NCBI GenBank assembly: GCA_900617105.1
Contig: UYFQ01000293.1
Coordinates: 1-46,314, forward strand
Direction of reading: 5' to 3'
DNA from: Hydrurus foetidus
Taxonomy: Eukaryota
DNA: 46,314 nt
The notes under the pieces are model-generated. The model saw only the letters and a program-made list of their open reading frames with translations, searched no databases and was not told the origin of the DNA. The position numbers and the translations under genes were made by a program. Below, in pieces: positions 1 through 9,367 of the stretch; the first letter of the stretch is position 1, and each line of letters begins with the position of its first letter.

Positions 1-636
1 CAATAATTGATGCTTCTGTCACGAGGTGTCGACATGGGGCTCCTTTTTCTTCTCGCCTCTGTAACTTTAACTTTTTTGCATCTTTTTTTAATACTCCACC
101 TCGTCACATGCTGACAGAAAATGAAAAACTTACTGGCAAGCTTTTCTCTCAGTTTCCGAAGCTCATAAATCATGATTTCAGCGGGATATGAATCCTTATT
201 GCTGCTGATAACGTATCGATAGATAAGTTCTAGAGGCTCCACAAATTTCTATCGTATGGTTTATATCGTGCTACGGTGAAATGACAGTCAGTCAAGAACG
301 GTAAATATTTTACCGTTCATTTTAATCGTCAAATTCTATCGTTCCCGTGAATAGTGGCCTAAGACCGTTCCTTACCGGGTGATTTCCGAAAATGAAAACT
401 TACGATTTAAAGTTTTGTTTTTGATTTGTCGATTCTTGCAGGTTGTAAACTGACAATAAAAACACATTTTCTTCAGTATTCAACTTCTCAGTCGCCAAAA
501 ACTGAGGAACTACCCCTCTTTTGTCAGTTTTCTCAGTCGTTCTCTTTCTGAAAATGAAAGCTTGCAAGACTCTGTCCATGATGTAGTACGCTTATAATCT
601 CACCATTTAGTGCCATTCAGTTGCAAATCTCACCAA

Positions 637-1050
637 ATGGAATACCCTGATTTGATTGACTTCGTCGACTATGCCTCAGGATCATTTGACTTCCTCAAAT
701 ACTCAACCTCAGTTCCGAATCATGACGAGAAAAAACGCAATTCAACTGATATTAAGGAGAAGATCAATAAGAGGCCATTTAAACATCGGAAGACGTACTT
801 CCGAAGGGATCCCAAGACGTCTTTTTGGTAGATAGATTGTGTCATTGATCCAGAACACACATGGCGCGATCCGTCTCATAGAGATGGAAAACGTTTTAGG
901 AACAGATTCTCACATAAGTTTGACTCTGTCCATAAAATTGCCGCAAAGATACAAGAAGAGGGTCATTATTTTTGAAGGAATAAAACAGACAACAAGGGAA
1001 GGCCATCGAGCGCAATAGAATTACTTGTGTTAGGATCTCTCCGACATCTT
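637..1050 (+). pseudogene. Harbinger transposase N-terminal fragment
   Basis: Read through in-frame stops at 829-831 and ~973-975: ...RRDPKTSFW*IDCV...DGKRFRNRFSHKFDSV...RPSSAIELLVLGSLRHL. This resembles the F-R-x-R-F-R and L-R-x-L N-terminal motifs of Harbinger transposases. The DDE core is not seen. Confidence 0.6.
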
Positions 1051-1202
1051 AACCAGGAATCTCAGTCTCTGTGACAGTGTCATCACCCTCGATGAGAAGA
1101 GCAGGTTTTTTCTTCAAAGCAAGTAGATCGTCGTAAATCTGTAAATGAGGGGTTCATAAATCAGAGAAAATATCAGACCGCATTTGAAAGATCGAAGAGT
1201 TG

Positions 1203-1764
1203 TTACACCTTTCTCAGAATATTCAGCAATTCCAAACCAGCATTTCCACCCGAGTCTTCGTTCAATTCCAGGCCAAATAAGGTCTTATCTGCTTTCTCAT
1301 CGGCATTGGTAATGGGCTTAAGTGCTGTAAAGTTGAGAATTTTCCCGTACTCGACAATCCAAGTAACTAAGTCGCGGCGGGCTGCCATCCCCTTCTCCTA
1401 AATTTTCTCCCCTGTAACGAAGTTATTTTTAGTCGTAGCTCTAATTGCATCGGGTGCAAATTCTCCTCTCGTGAACTCGACTATGCCAGCCCATCGCCCT
1501 CGATGCTCGTCAAAGAGCGCAAGCTTGGCTTCAATTGTAACTAACACAAGTTTCTCTTTCCCCTCCTTGTTCAGTTGAACACCGGAAGAATAGAAAGCAT
1601 TTATAGAGATGAGACAGATAAGGCTCTGAAGTATCTTGAGCTTTTGATTCGAAGTCAACATGATAGAATTGTGCTGCATCGCAGCTTGAGTTCGAAGATA
1701 CAGGTAGTAGTGTCGATATCTCATCCTCGATGTGGAAATGTTCATGAGGACTTTTTCCTTTCAT
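1203..1764 (-). pseudogene. Second (accessory) ORF of the Harbinger element, disrupted
   Basis: Minus-strand ORF pieces 1531-1764, 1398-1745 and 1203-1388 lie inside the TIRs, convergent with the transposase. Harbingers typically carry a second Myb/SANT-like gene, but no domain was recognised by eye. Confidence 0.4.
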
Positions 1765-2343
1765 GTCATTTCCGTTAACAATTGAGGGCTTTTTCCTTAT
1801 TTCATAATTCTACTTTGCGGTTTCAGTTCTAGGCCGACAAGGATCAACACTGAAACAAAGTTCTGCTAAAAACAATTTTGTGTTTTCTGTTTTCGGAAAT
1901 CACCCGGTAAGGAACGGTCTAAATTTTGGATTTCTGTGTTGGTTTTGACGTCGACATTTTTCGTATATTATAGGCGATGTAAAAGAGTCGAGAGAGGTCA
2001 GTCAGCTGGGGACCTAGAACCTTGCTTTCTCCGATAATTCTACACCTCACATCTCTGAACCAACATGTAAAAGTTATCAGGAGTAAAGTTTAAAGAAAAC
2101 GTCTAATAGATGGATACGAGACAGACACGGCAGTCTTAAAAAAGGATCCAACTTTTTGTCGTCTCACGAAGATGTACTCTTGAAATGCCTATTACTCCTC
2201 AGCATATAGCACAGTAGAGAATACCTCTGAACTCCAGTTATAAATTCCTAAATAATAAGCATACAGTAGCAGCTATAGCCACTACTTCGCACCTTGGAAA
2301 GTACCATCACTACAGAAATCATCCAAATCATAGAGAGTATCTG

Positions 2344-2559
2344 TGTGATGGTACAGGATTTAGTACCACATTCCTACCCTCCGTAGTACCGTATAGCCGT
2401 CCGTACATGTGGCTGAGAGTCCTTCTGACCTCTCACAGACTGTTAGTTACCTTGCAACGCTTTGCATGCAGAGTTTTACACCTCTGCAAGCCCATCCCCT
2501 CTCTTTTCCGTTGTAAGCCTAACTACCTTTCTGCCTCTCCTAGCTTCATTTGGACTATA
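2344..2559 (+). repeat. 5' LTR (TG...TA)
   Basis: Starts TGTGATGGTAC and ends GGACTATA. Matches 9152-9367 except for 7 clustered substitutions. Confidence 0.93.
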
Positions 2560-3285
2560 GTAGATCTACTCGTTCCGCTTTCCCTTCTAAATTCTACTAC
2601 TTGGCCCCCTACTACCCATCCACCTATTTAGCTAGACTTCTGTCCACGCGGTCCACCGAGTTTTCAGAAGTCCTTCCAAAGCATTTGGTTGGAGAACTCA
2701 GGATTTGAGCAAACGTTGTCATTTCGACACGTTTCTCACGACTTGGCGCAATCGGTGAAACATAGGTATCCCCTATCTGAATTTCAACAGCCGATCAAGA
2801 CTCTCAAGCTCCTGAATCTCAAGAGCTTTCAAGATCTTCAAGGAGGCCTTTCAAGATCTTCACGGATTCCCGATTGCTATATCGGTTGCCAGCTCTAAGC
2901 CGTTTCGACGCCAGCTGAAGAACAGAAGTCAATACCTGTTTGACGCAACATAGGTATCCCCTATCTGAATTGCAAAAGACTTCGCGGGCAATCATCAGCA
3001 GGACTTCAAGCCTGTTCAAGACTCAAAGCAGCAACGCCTGCTCCTTTGGATTGGCCAACAGGAACCTGTTGGTGAGCCGAAGACCGGATCTCAAGTGCCA
3101 TTAGTCGAAGACCTTTGTTATTTTTCATCTGCTTTATTTGCTAACCCCATCGATCAGACACCTGTCCAACCGATACGGCACGAGGCAAACCTCTTGCAAA
3201 TTTTTTTCAAGAGGGAAAGATCTTAGAGGAATTTAACTAAGAAGCGCTCCGGTCAAAGCAGCCTGCTTAGCAGCTCTTCAGAAGG

Positions 3286-6200
3286 ATGACACCAGAGCAG
3301 CCACTTCCAACGCCCTCCCCTCCTCCAGAACCGGAATTATCAGAGGAGGAGATCAGGAGGTTTGCGGAAACAGGGAATACGGGACCTCCAAGCCCGGTTA
3401 ATGAACTAAACCTTTCATTAACAACACGGGGAGAAGAGACCCAGAACTCCCTGGCGTCATCGATAACCAAAGCTCTTTCTTTCAACAAGAAACTCTTTGT
3501 GTTACAGAACACTCTCATCAGCTCGGATCAAGCTGAGAGGTTCCTTGCGCAGGCCGTCACCATGGGCGACTCCATCGACATCCAGCAGACTATGACAGAG
3601 GCGGCCATGGACACACTGGACATGAAAATCCGGTGCGATCCGTCCCTAAAGGTCCTCAACAAGTCGGAGGTTTCCCTGTGGAGGACAAGACTGTCGCACC
3701 TTCAAATCGCTCGTCTTGTCAGCCAGTACTTTGGCAAGCGACACGATGAGAAGAAGACCCTGGCCGAGGTGTTCTCCAAAGTCAAGTTCCAGTACTGCAT
3801 CGATAACGAGGATCATGAGATACTGATGATGGCGGATTACAAGGAGGTCATCAAGGGGTACACCCGTACGGTGGGGGAGATCACTGAGGAACAACAGAGG
3901 GACCTCATCAAGATCTTCGAGAAGCGTGTCGCGGCGGAAGAGTCCCAGATCCGCCACGACTACTTCGACATGAAGAAGGCAGACAAGGTCGAGAGGATGG
4001 TGGCGTTCGTGTCGAACCCCAACAACCCTCAGACCGAAGACACCTGGTTGACATGCGTCTACAGGTTCTGCAAGACACTCGCAGTCGCACGCCAGGCGTT
4101 ATTCAAGGTGGCTCAGTACGGCGATACCTCTATCGTCCACACCTTCCCACCCACTAGCGTCAAGTCCACGGCATCAGCGGTAGGATGGTCTGGTCCCAGC
4201 AACTCCGCTGCGTCAGCCTCCTCTCGTTCGACGTCGGACCTAGTGCAACAAAGGAGCGAGCGCCGAGCGTACAGCACGGATCCGACTGAATGCCAGTGCT
4301 GCGGTTTCGCAACACACCGGGTTGCGGACTGCCCCTTCAAAGGCCTTCATGACACGAACAACCAGTACCACGTGTTATGGGGAGAGTCTGCGATGGGAAA
4401 GGCATGGATGGCTGAGGGTCATGACACCTTCGTAGAGCACCTGTATCTACCAGGATGGGAACTTCGTCGGAAGAAACGCGCGGAGGAGTCCTCAGAGGAT
4501 GCGGATACATCCAAGCGAGTCCGTTACAACAGTGAGTCTGAGGACGACCGTCCCGCGCGAGACCGACGCACGCTGCAGGAGCGGGAGAGAGACGACCGCG
4601 ATCTGAACGAACGCAAAGCACGCGAGCGACGCGCAGACCGTGGCCGTTCTTCCAACCGCGAACGCAGTCGTGACAGAGACGATGACCGCCGAGACAGTCG
4701 TAAGTACGACAACAAGAAGGGCGGCGGACAGGGGTCACGCCACAACAGGGCCAGGGGCAGCTCCCAGCCTAGGAGCAGTTCCCAACCAAGATCCAACAAA
4801 GGAAGTAAGTCTCTAGCTGCTGTAGACTCTGTCCATGCACTCGCGCCTGCATCTGACATTGTTGCTGCCATACAGCCGCTTACTGCGTTACCTGCACTTT
4901 CAGTTGTCTTACCCATCCCCGTACGTACGGACCTTGTACCCTCGGATGTGCAACCGCCCATCTCGACTAACCCGACTGATTACTTGTCTTGTAATATCTT
5001 TGCTGTACAGCGTAAAGACACGCAGGACGCGGTAATAGGACACTCGAAACAAGTCGAGGGGGATGCGCTGCTGGACACGGGAAGCTTTCCGGGGAATTTC
5101 ATTTCGCGTGACTGCTTAGTCAGAATGAATGCACTGCAGTACATTTACACCTCACCTGTTCCCATGACTGTATGCAGTGGCCTGGATCGCACCTGCTATC
5201 TGAGTGTCAATGTTGTAGACATAGGAATCATCTTTCAATCACACGATGATATTATACACACGGTGTACTTTACGGTTAACGTTAACCCAGACCAAGAAAT
5301 CGATTTAATTGTGGGTCGGACAACCCTAGCGCTAAATAATTTTAACATTTTGACACCATCCGCTTTGGGTTTCAAAGCACCGTCCGCACCACAACCGCCA
5401 CCTTTGGCAGCTAAAAAGCCCGTCTCGGCTAAACCGGATAAGCCCCCTAAGGATTACTCCCGTAAGACGGCCAAGGCGAAACCGCTTTCCTTTAAGGTGA
5501 TTGCTTCGACACCAGCTGTCGCTGACGCGGAGACGTTGCCAGCACGTACTCCTGAGAAGTTGAACCCCTCACAGCGCAAGAAAGCAGCAAAGGAAAGAGC
5601 GAAACTCGCGGAGAAAATGAAGGCTAAGTATGGTCCCCCACCATCTACCATAGACCATGTGGTTGCATCTTTGGTACCCGTCACCGACACTCAGCAGACT
5701 ATATGCTCGCCAGATTGTAAGTGTGCAGCCCACAACGGTCTTGCTAACCGCCCGGCTCGTGGCAACGAGGGTCGTCAGCTTCCAGGCAACGTAGTTGCTG
5801 CCTTGGCTGTACGTACGGACGATACACCGCGTCCGGGTGTCGACCTCCCTCACACCCCTTCGCACACACCACTTATAACAAGCGAAGATATTCTCCACCC
5901 TGTCTGCGTTAAGCCCAGTGGTATCATAGTCTCCGTTGATGAGATTGATAATGAGAAAGTCGACACTTTCGGTGCCTTCTTCAGCGACAACAAGGACCTT
6001 CATAGAGGGGAGGACGACACCAAAGCTTTCTTAGAGCAATTTGTGTTCGCGGGTAGTGAGACCCAAGTACACAGATTAAAAGATCTTGTCATGGAATACC
6101 GAGACATCTTCAGTGATGTACTCGCGGAAAGAGCCGCGGACTTAACCCCGTTCCGGTTTAATGTGGAGGAACCTCTGTGGGAGACCCCAGGGAACAGGAC

Positions 6201-8853
6201 CCCATGCCGACCCCAGTCGGTCAAGAACAACATCGAGATAGAGAAAGCTATCAAGACGATGCTTGCAGATGGCGTTATTGAGAAATCAAACGCATCTTAT
6301 TACAGTCACCCAGTGATTGTACAGAAGACAGAAGACAAAGTGCGGGTTTGCATCGACTACAGGAACCTCAACGATTGCATCAAGCCCGCCAGCTGGCCCC
6401 TCCCCAACATCCGTGGGCTCTTCGAAAGAATTGGACGCAACAAACCGACGGTGTTTGGAGTCATGGACCTAACGGCAGGATACCATCAGGCCCCACTATA
6501 CCCACCGCACCGTGTATTCACGGCATTCCTGTGCTTTTGCGGGCTATACCAATTTACCCGGCTACCGTTTGGACCTAAACGGGCCCCCTCCTACTTCCAG
6601 GAGCAAATGGTCACCAAAGTCCTTCAAGGTTTACTGTACGTCTCCTGCGAGATGTACTTGGACGACTGCATAGTGTATGCATCAGATGAAGATCAGTTCC
6701 TCACAAGACTGAAGGAGGTATTCCAGCGCTTCCGCGAGCGCGGCCTTCTGCTGAAGGCTAAAAAATGCAAATTTGGACTGCCCCAAATAGAGTATGTCGG
6801 GCGAGTCATCTCTAAAGATGGACTGTCTATGTCCATGGTCAAGATTAAATCGGTACTCAACTTTGAGAAACCGCGGAACCTTCACGCCCTAAGATCCCTA
6901 TTGGGACTGGCGAACTACTTTCGGGGATTTGTACCAAATCACTCCCTCATAGTAAAGCCGCTTCAAGATATGATTGACCACAAGGGCAAAAAGAACTCAC
7001 CACTGGTGTGGACACAGGGAAGTTCCGACGCGTTCCAGGCTATACGTAAAGCTATATCGCATTGCCCACTGATGCATTTCCTGGACGACAGTGACGCACC
7101 TATACGGCTGTATACGGACGCCTCCGACTACGGTATAGGCGGCGTACTATTCCAGATCGTTGACGACATTTGGCGACCGATATCTTTCGTCAGCAAGTCT
7201 TTCAACGCCACTCAATCTCGTTGGTCAACGATACAGAAGGAGGCATACGCAATCTTCCATTGCTGCCAGCAGATGGACACTCTCCTCCGCGACCGGGTGT
7301 TCACTATACACACAGATCACTTGAATCTGACGTATATGACCAACAACCCCAACTCGATGGTCACCCGCTGGTCCATAGCGATGCAGGAACTCGACTTCAA
7401 GATTCACTTCGTGCCAGGCTCCCAGAACAAATGGGCTGACACACTGTCACGCCTGTGCCCCAACCTTATGGAACTCGCCATGGATTACACCCCAAGGGTC
7501 ATGGACGCCCCAGGTTTTATTGTTGCGGCACTGACCACATGCCCTTTAGCTTCGGAGGAAGAACAGGAGTGGATGGAGCAGGCCCACAACTTCCGCGTCG
7601 GTCACGGCGGCGTAGACCGCACGATGCATAAGCTGGGCCTCATGGGCCATTCTTGGCCGTACATGCGCAACCACGTCCGGTTATTCGTACGGTACTGTCC
7701 GTGCTGCCAGAAGATGAGTGCGGTACGCATTCCCATCAACGTCCATAAGTTCACGACGGCAGGCGAGGTACTATTCGATGTCCTCAACATCGACTTCATC
7801 GGTCCATTCCCCGACGGCACACACGTGCTAGTCATAGTGGACTCATTCTCAAGATGGACGGAGCTGTTCCACTGCAAGGACAGCACGGCAGAGTCAGCAT
7901 GCCGCTGTCTCTTGGAACACTTCGGTCGTTTCGGTTCTCCCAACCTGATACGCTCCGACCGCGGACCACACTTCGCCAACGAACTAATAGAGAAATTTCT
8001 CTTGGCGGTTGGAACACCGCACAACCTCACACTAGCCTATTCGAAGGAGGAGAACTCCATCGTGGAGCGGGTCAACAAGGAGGTGAATCGCCACTTGCGC
8101 TCGTTTGTGTTCGAGACACTCGAGATGGACCAATACAAGCTTTGCCTCCCCTTTGTCCAACGGATCATGAACAGCTCGGTTCATGGCTCCACGGGAGTGT
8201 CACCGGGTAACCTGCTCTTCGGCAACCGCTTGGATCTGAACAGAGGCATCCTCACGCCCTTTCAACCGGCCCTTCCAACTAAGACTCCGGGCTCACGCAT
8301 CATGGCTGACATGATTAACGCTCAGGATACGACGCACAGGACAGTCCAAGAAATGGCGCAGGAACACGCGGCACAGCGCTTAACGGATCAGCCGGATCCA
8401 ACCGTTTTCCCTGTCGGTTCGTACGTACTGGCGCAGTACGCTACAGGTCCCCCTACGCGACTACACACACGATGGCAAGGTCCGATGGAGGTGATTTCCC
8501 ATCGCGATTCGGAGTATGTACTCCTGAACATCGTCTCTAAGAAGACTAAAAGAATCCACGCTTCCAAACTCAAGATATTCCTATTCGATCCAGCGAGGAT
8601 CGAACCCATGGACTCAGCCCGACGCGACTACATGGAGTTTTACATCGAGGCGATCACTGCCCACAAGGGCAACACCAGGAAGGTCTCCACGTTGACCTTC
8701 CTCGTCAAATGGCTTAATTATAGCGAGGAGCACAACTCATGGGAGCCATGGAGTGCTCTGAGACTCACGGACCAGCTACACACCTACCTCAAGAGCGCCG
8801 GACTGAAGGCGCTGGTTCCGCACAACCTGCGTGGCGAAGATATACCGGTGTGA
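3286..8853 (+). CDS. Gag-Pol polyprotein: Gag, CCHC knuckle, aspartic protease, RT, RNase H, integrase, chromodomain
   Basis: 1855-aa ORF. Motifs: CQCCGFATHRVADC (CX2CX4HX4C); LLDTGS protease; RVCIDYRNLN, LPFG and YLDD in RT; TDASDYGIG in RNase H; integrase HHCC plus DFIGP/SDRG/VER; GPY/F-like WQGPM; C-terminal FLVKWLNYSEEHNSWEPW chromodomain. Domain order is gypsy-type. Confidence 0.98.
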   Translation: MTPEQPLPTPSPPPEPELSEEEIRRFAETGNTGPPSPVNELNLSLTTRGEETQNSLASSITKALSFNKKLFVLQNTLISSDQAERFLAQAVTMGDSIDIQQTMTEAAMDTLDMKIRCDPSLKVLNKSEVSLWRTRLSHLQIARLVSQYFGKRHDEKKTLAEVFSKVKFQYCIDNEDHEILMMADYKEVIKGYTRTVGEITEEQQRDLIKIFEKRVAAEESQIRHDYFDMKKADKVERMVAFVSNPNNPQTEDTWLTCVYRFCKTLAVARQALFKVAQYGDTSIVHTFPPTSVKSTASAVGWSGPSNSAASASSRSTSDLVQQRSERRAYSTDPTECQCCGFATHRVADCPFKGLHDTNNQYHVLWGESAMGKAWMAEGHDTFVEHLYLPGWELRRKKRAEESSEDADTSKRVRYNSESEDDRPARDRRTLQERERDDRDLNERKARERRADRGRSSNRERSRDRDDDRRDSRKYDNKKGGGQGSRHNRARGSSQPRSSSQPRSNKGSKSLAAVDSVHALAPASDIVAAIQPLTALPALSVVLPIPVRTDLVPSDVQPPISTNPTDYLSCNIFAVQRKDTQDAVIGHSKQVEGDALLDTGSFPGNFISRDCLVRMNALQYIYTSPVPMTVCSGLDRTCYLSVNVVDIGIIFQSHDDIIHTVYFTVNVNPDQEIDLIVGRTTLALNNFNILTPSALGFKAPSAPQPPPLAAKKPVSAKPDKPPKDYSRKTAKAKPLSFKVIASTPAVADAETLPARTPEKLNPSQRKKAAKERAKLAEKMKAKYGPPPSTIDHVVASLVPVTDTQQTICSPDCKCAAHNGLANRPARGNEGRQLPGNVVAALAVRTDDTPRPGVDLPHTPSHTPLITSEDILHPVCVKPSGIIVSVDEIDNEKVDTFGAFFSDNKDLHRGEDDTKAFLEQFVFAGSETQVHRLKDLVMEYRDIFSDVLAERAADLTPFRFNVEEPLWETPGNRTPCRPQSVKNNIEIEKAIKTMLADGVIEKSNASYYSHPVIVQKTEDKVRVCIDYRNLNDCIKPASWPLPNIRGLFERIGRNKPTVFGVMDLTAGYHQAPLYPPHRVFTAFLCFCGLYQFTRLPFGPKRAPSYFQEQMVTKVLQGLLYVSCEMYLDDCIVYASDEDQFLTRLKEVFQRFRERGLLLKAKKCKFGLPQIEYVGRVISKDGLSMSMVKIKSVLNFEKPRNLHALRSLLGLANYFRGFVPNHSLIVKPLQDMIDHKGKKNSPLVWTQGSSDAFQAIRKAISHCPLMHFLDDSDAPIRLYTDASDYGIGGVLFQIVDDIWRPISFVSKSFNATQSRWSTIQKEAYAIFHCCQQMDTLLRDRVFTIHTDHLNLTYMTNNPNSMVTRWSIAMQELDFKIHFVPGSQNKWADTLSRLCPNLMELAMDYTPRVMDAPGFIVAALTTCPLASEEEQEWMEQAHNFRVGHGGVDRTMHKLGLMGHSWPYMRNHVRLFVRYCPCCQKMSAVRIPINVHKFTTAGEVLFDVLNIDFIGPFPDGTHVLVIVDSFSRWTELFHCKDSTAESACRCLLEHFGRFGSPNLIRSDRGPHFANELIEKFLLAVGTPHNLTLAYSKEENSIVERVNKEVNRHLRSFVFETLEMDQYKLCLPFVQRIMNSSVHGSTGVSPGNLLFGNRLDLNRGILTPFQPALPTKTPGSRIMADMINAQDTTHRTVQEMAQEHAAQRLTDQPDPTVFPVGSYVLAQYATGPPTRLHTRWQGPMEVISHRDSEYVLLNIVSKKTKRIHASKLKIFLFDPARIEPMDSARRDYMEFYIEAITAHKGNTRKVSTLTFLVKWLNYSEEHNSWEPWSALRLTDQLHTYLKSAGLKALVPHNLRGEDIPV

Positions 8854-9129
8854 GATTTTTCTCAAAATTTAGCCATTTTTTCACCCTACGTGGGTTTTAC
8901 GGTTTTAGTCAGTGAAACCTGACATACTCACACCGGGTCAAGATCGCTGCAGTCGGACGCACGGACACTCCCGGTCAGGACCCCGTCCCAAACTCTCTTT
9001 TAGTCTAGTTAACTGCATCATTTTTTCAAACACTTGATGTATGTTTCTGCTTTAATGTTAGTGAACAATTTTTTTATCATTAGTTACACGTAAGTAGTCA
9101 AAAGAGAGAAGCGAGACAAAGGTCTTTTC

Positions 9130-9151
9130 GGGAAGGAGTAAGTGGGGGTAA
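9130..9151 (+). promoter_or_regulatory. Polypurine tract (plus-strand primer site)
   Basis: GGGAAGGAGTAAGTGGGGGTAA directly 5' of the 3' LTR. Confidence 0.85.
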
Positions 9152-9367
9152 TGTGATGGTACAGGATTTAGTACCACATTCCTACCCTCCGTAGTACCGT
9201 ATAGCCGTCCGTACATGTGGCTGAGAGTCCTTCTGACCTCTCACAGACTGTTAGTTACCTTGCAACGCTTTGCATGCAGAGTTTTACACCTCTGCAAGCC
9301 CATCCCCTCTCTTTTCCGTTGTAAGCTAAACTACCTTTCTGACACCTCTTGCTTCATTTGGACTATA
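9152..9367 (+). repeat. 3' LTR (TG...TA)
   Basis: Direct repeat of 2344-2559, followed by the TSD TCTG. Confidence 0.93.

Larger units (their letters stand above)
363..1919. mobile_element. PIF/Harbinger-like DNA transposon, internally deleted and non-autonomous
   Basis: Perfect 30-bp TIRs GACCGTTCCTTACCGGGTGATTTCCGAAAA at 363-392, inverted at 1890-1919. TAA on both flanks (360-362, 1920-1922), matching the 3-bp TAA/TTA TSD of PIF/Harbinger. Contains two convergent decayed ORFs. Confidence 0.85.
2344..9367 (+). mobile_element. Full-length Ty3/gypsy LTR retrotransposon (chromovirus)
   Basis: 216-bp LTRs at 2344-2559 and 9152-9367. TSD TCTG at 2340-2343 and 9368-9371 (extendable to TATCTG if the LTR is read 2 nt shorter). 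PPT just before the 3' LTR. Single intact gag-pol ORF. Confidence 0.97.

Noticed and set aside
2519..2542. DGR-like template/variable repeat pair between the LTRs
   Set aside because: Mismatches are not adenine-specific, the region is non-coding, and the RT is gypsy-type.
2547..2566. Canonical reading: LTR ends at CA (2547-2548), then TT and a tRNA PBS TGGACTATAG
   Set aside because: The same TTTGGACTATA is present in the 3' LTR, and the TSD matches only after 9367. Element 2 has CGG rather than TGG at this position. Not fully excluded without a tRNA search.
2407..2631. Small ORF starting in the LTR (also 9215-9547)
   Set aside because: The shared N-terminus just reflects the LTR duplication; the ORFs run into unrelated flanks.
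3267..8609. Antisense and alternate-frame ORFs overlapping gag-pol
   Set aside because: Shadow ORFs of a GC-rich coding region, with no recognisable motifs.
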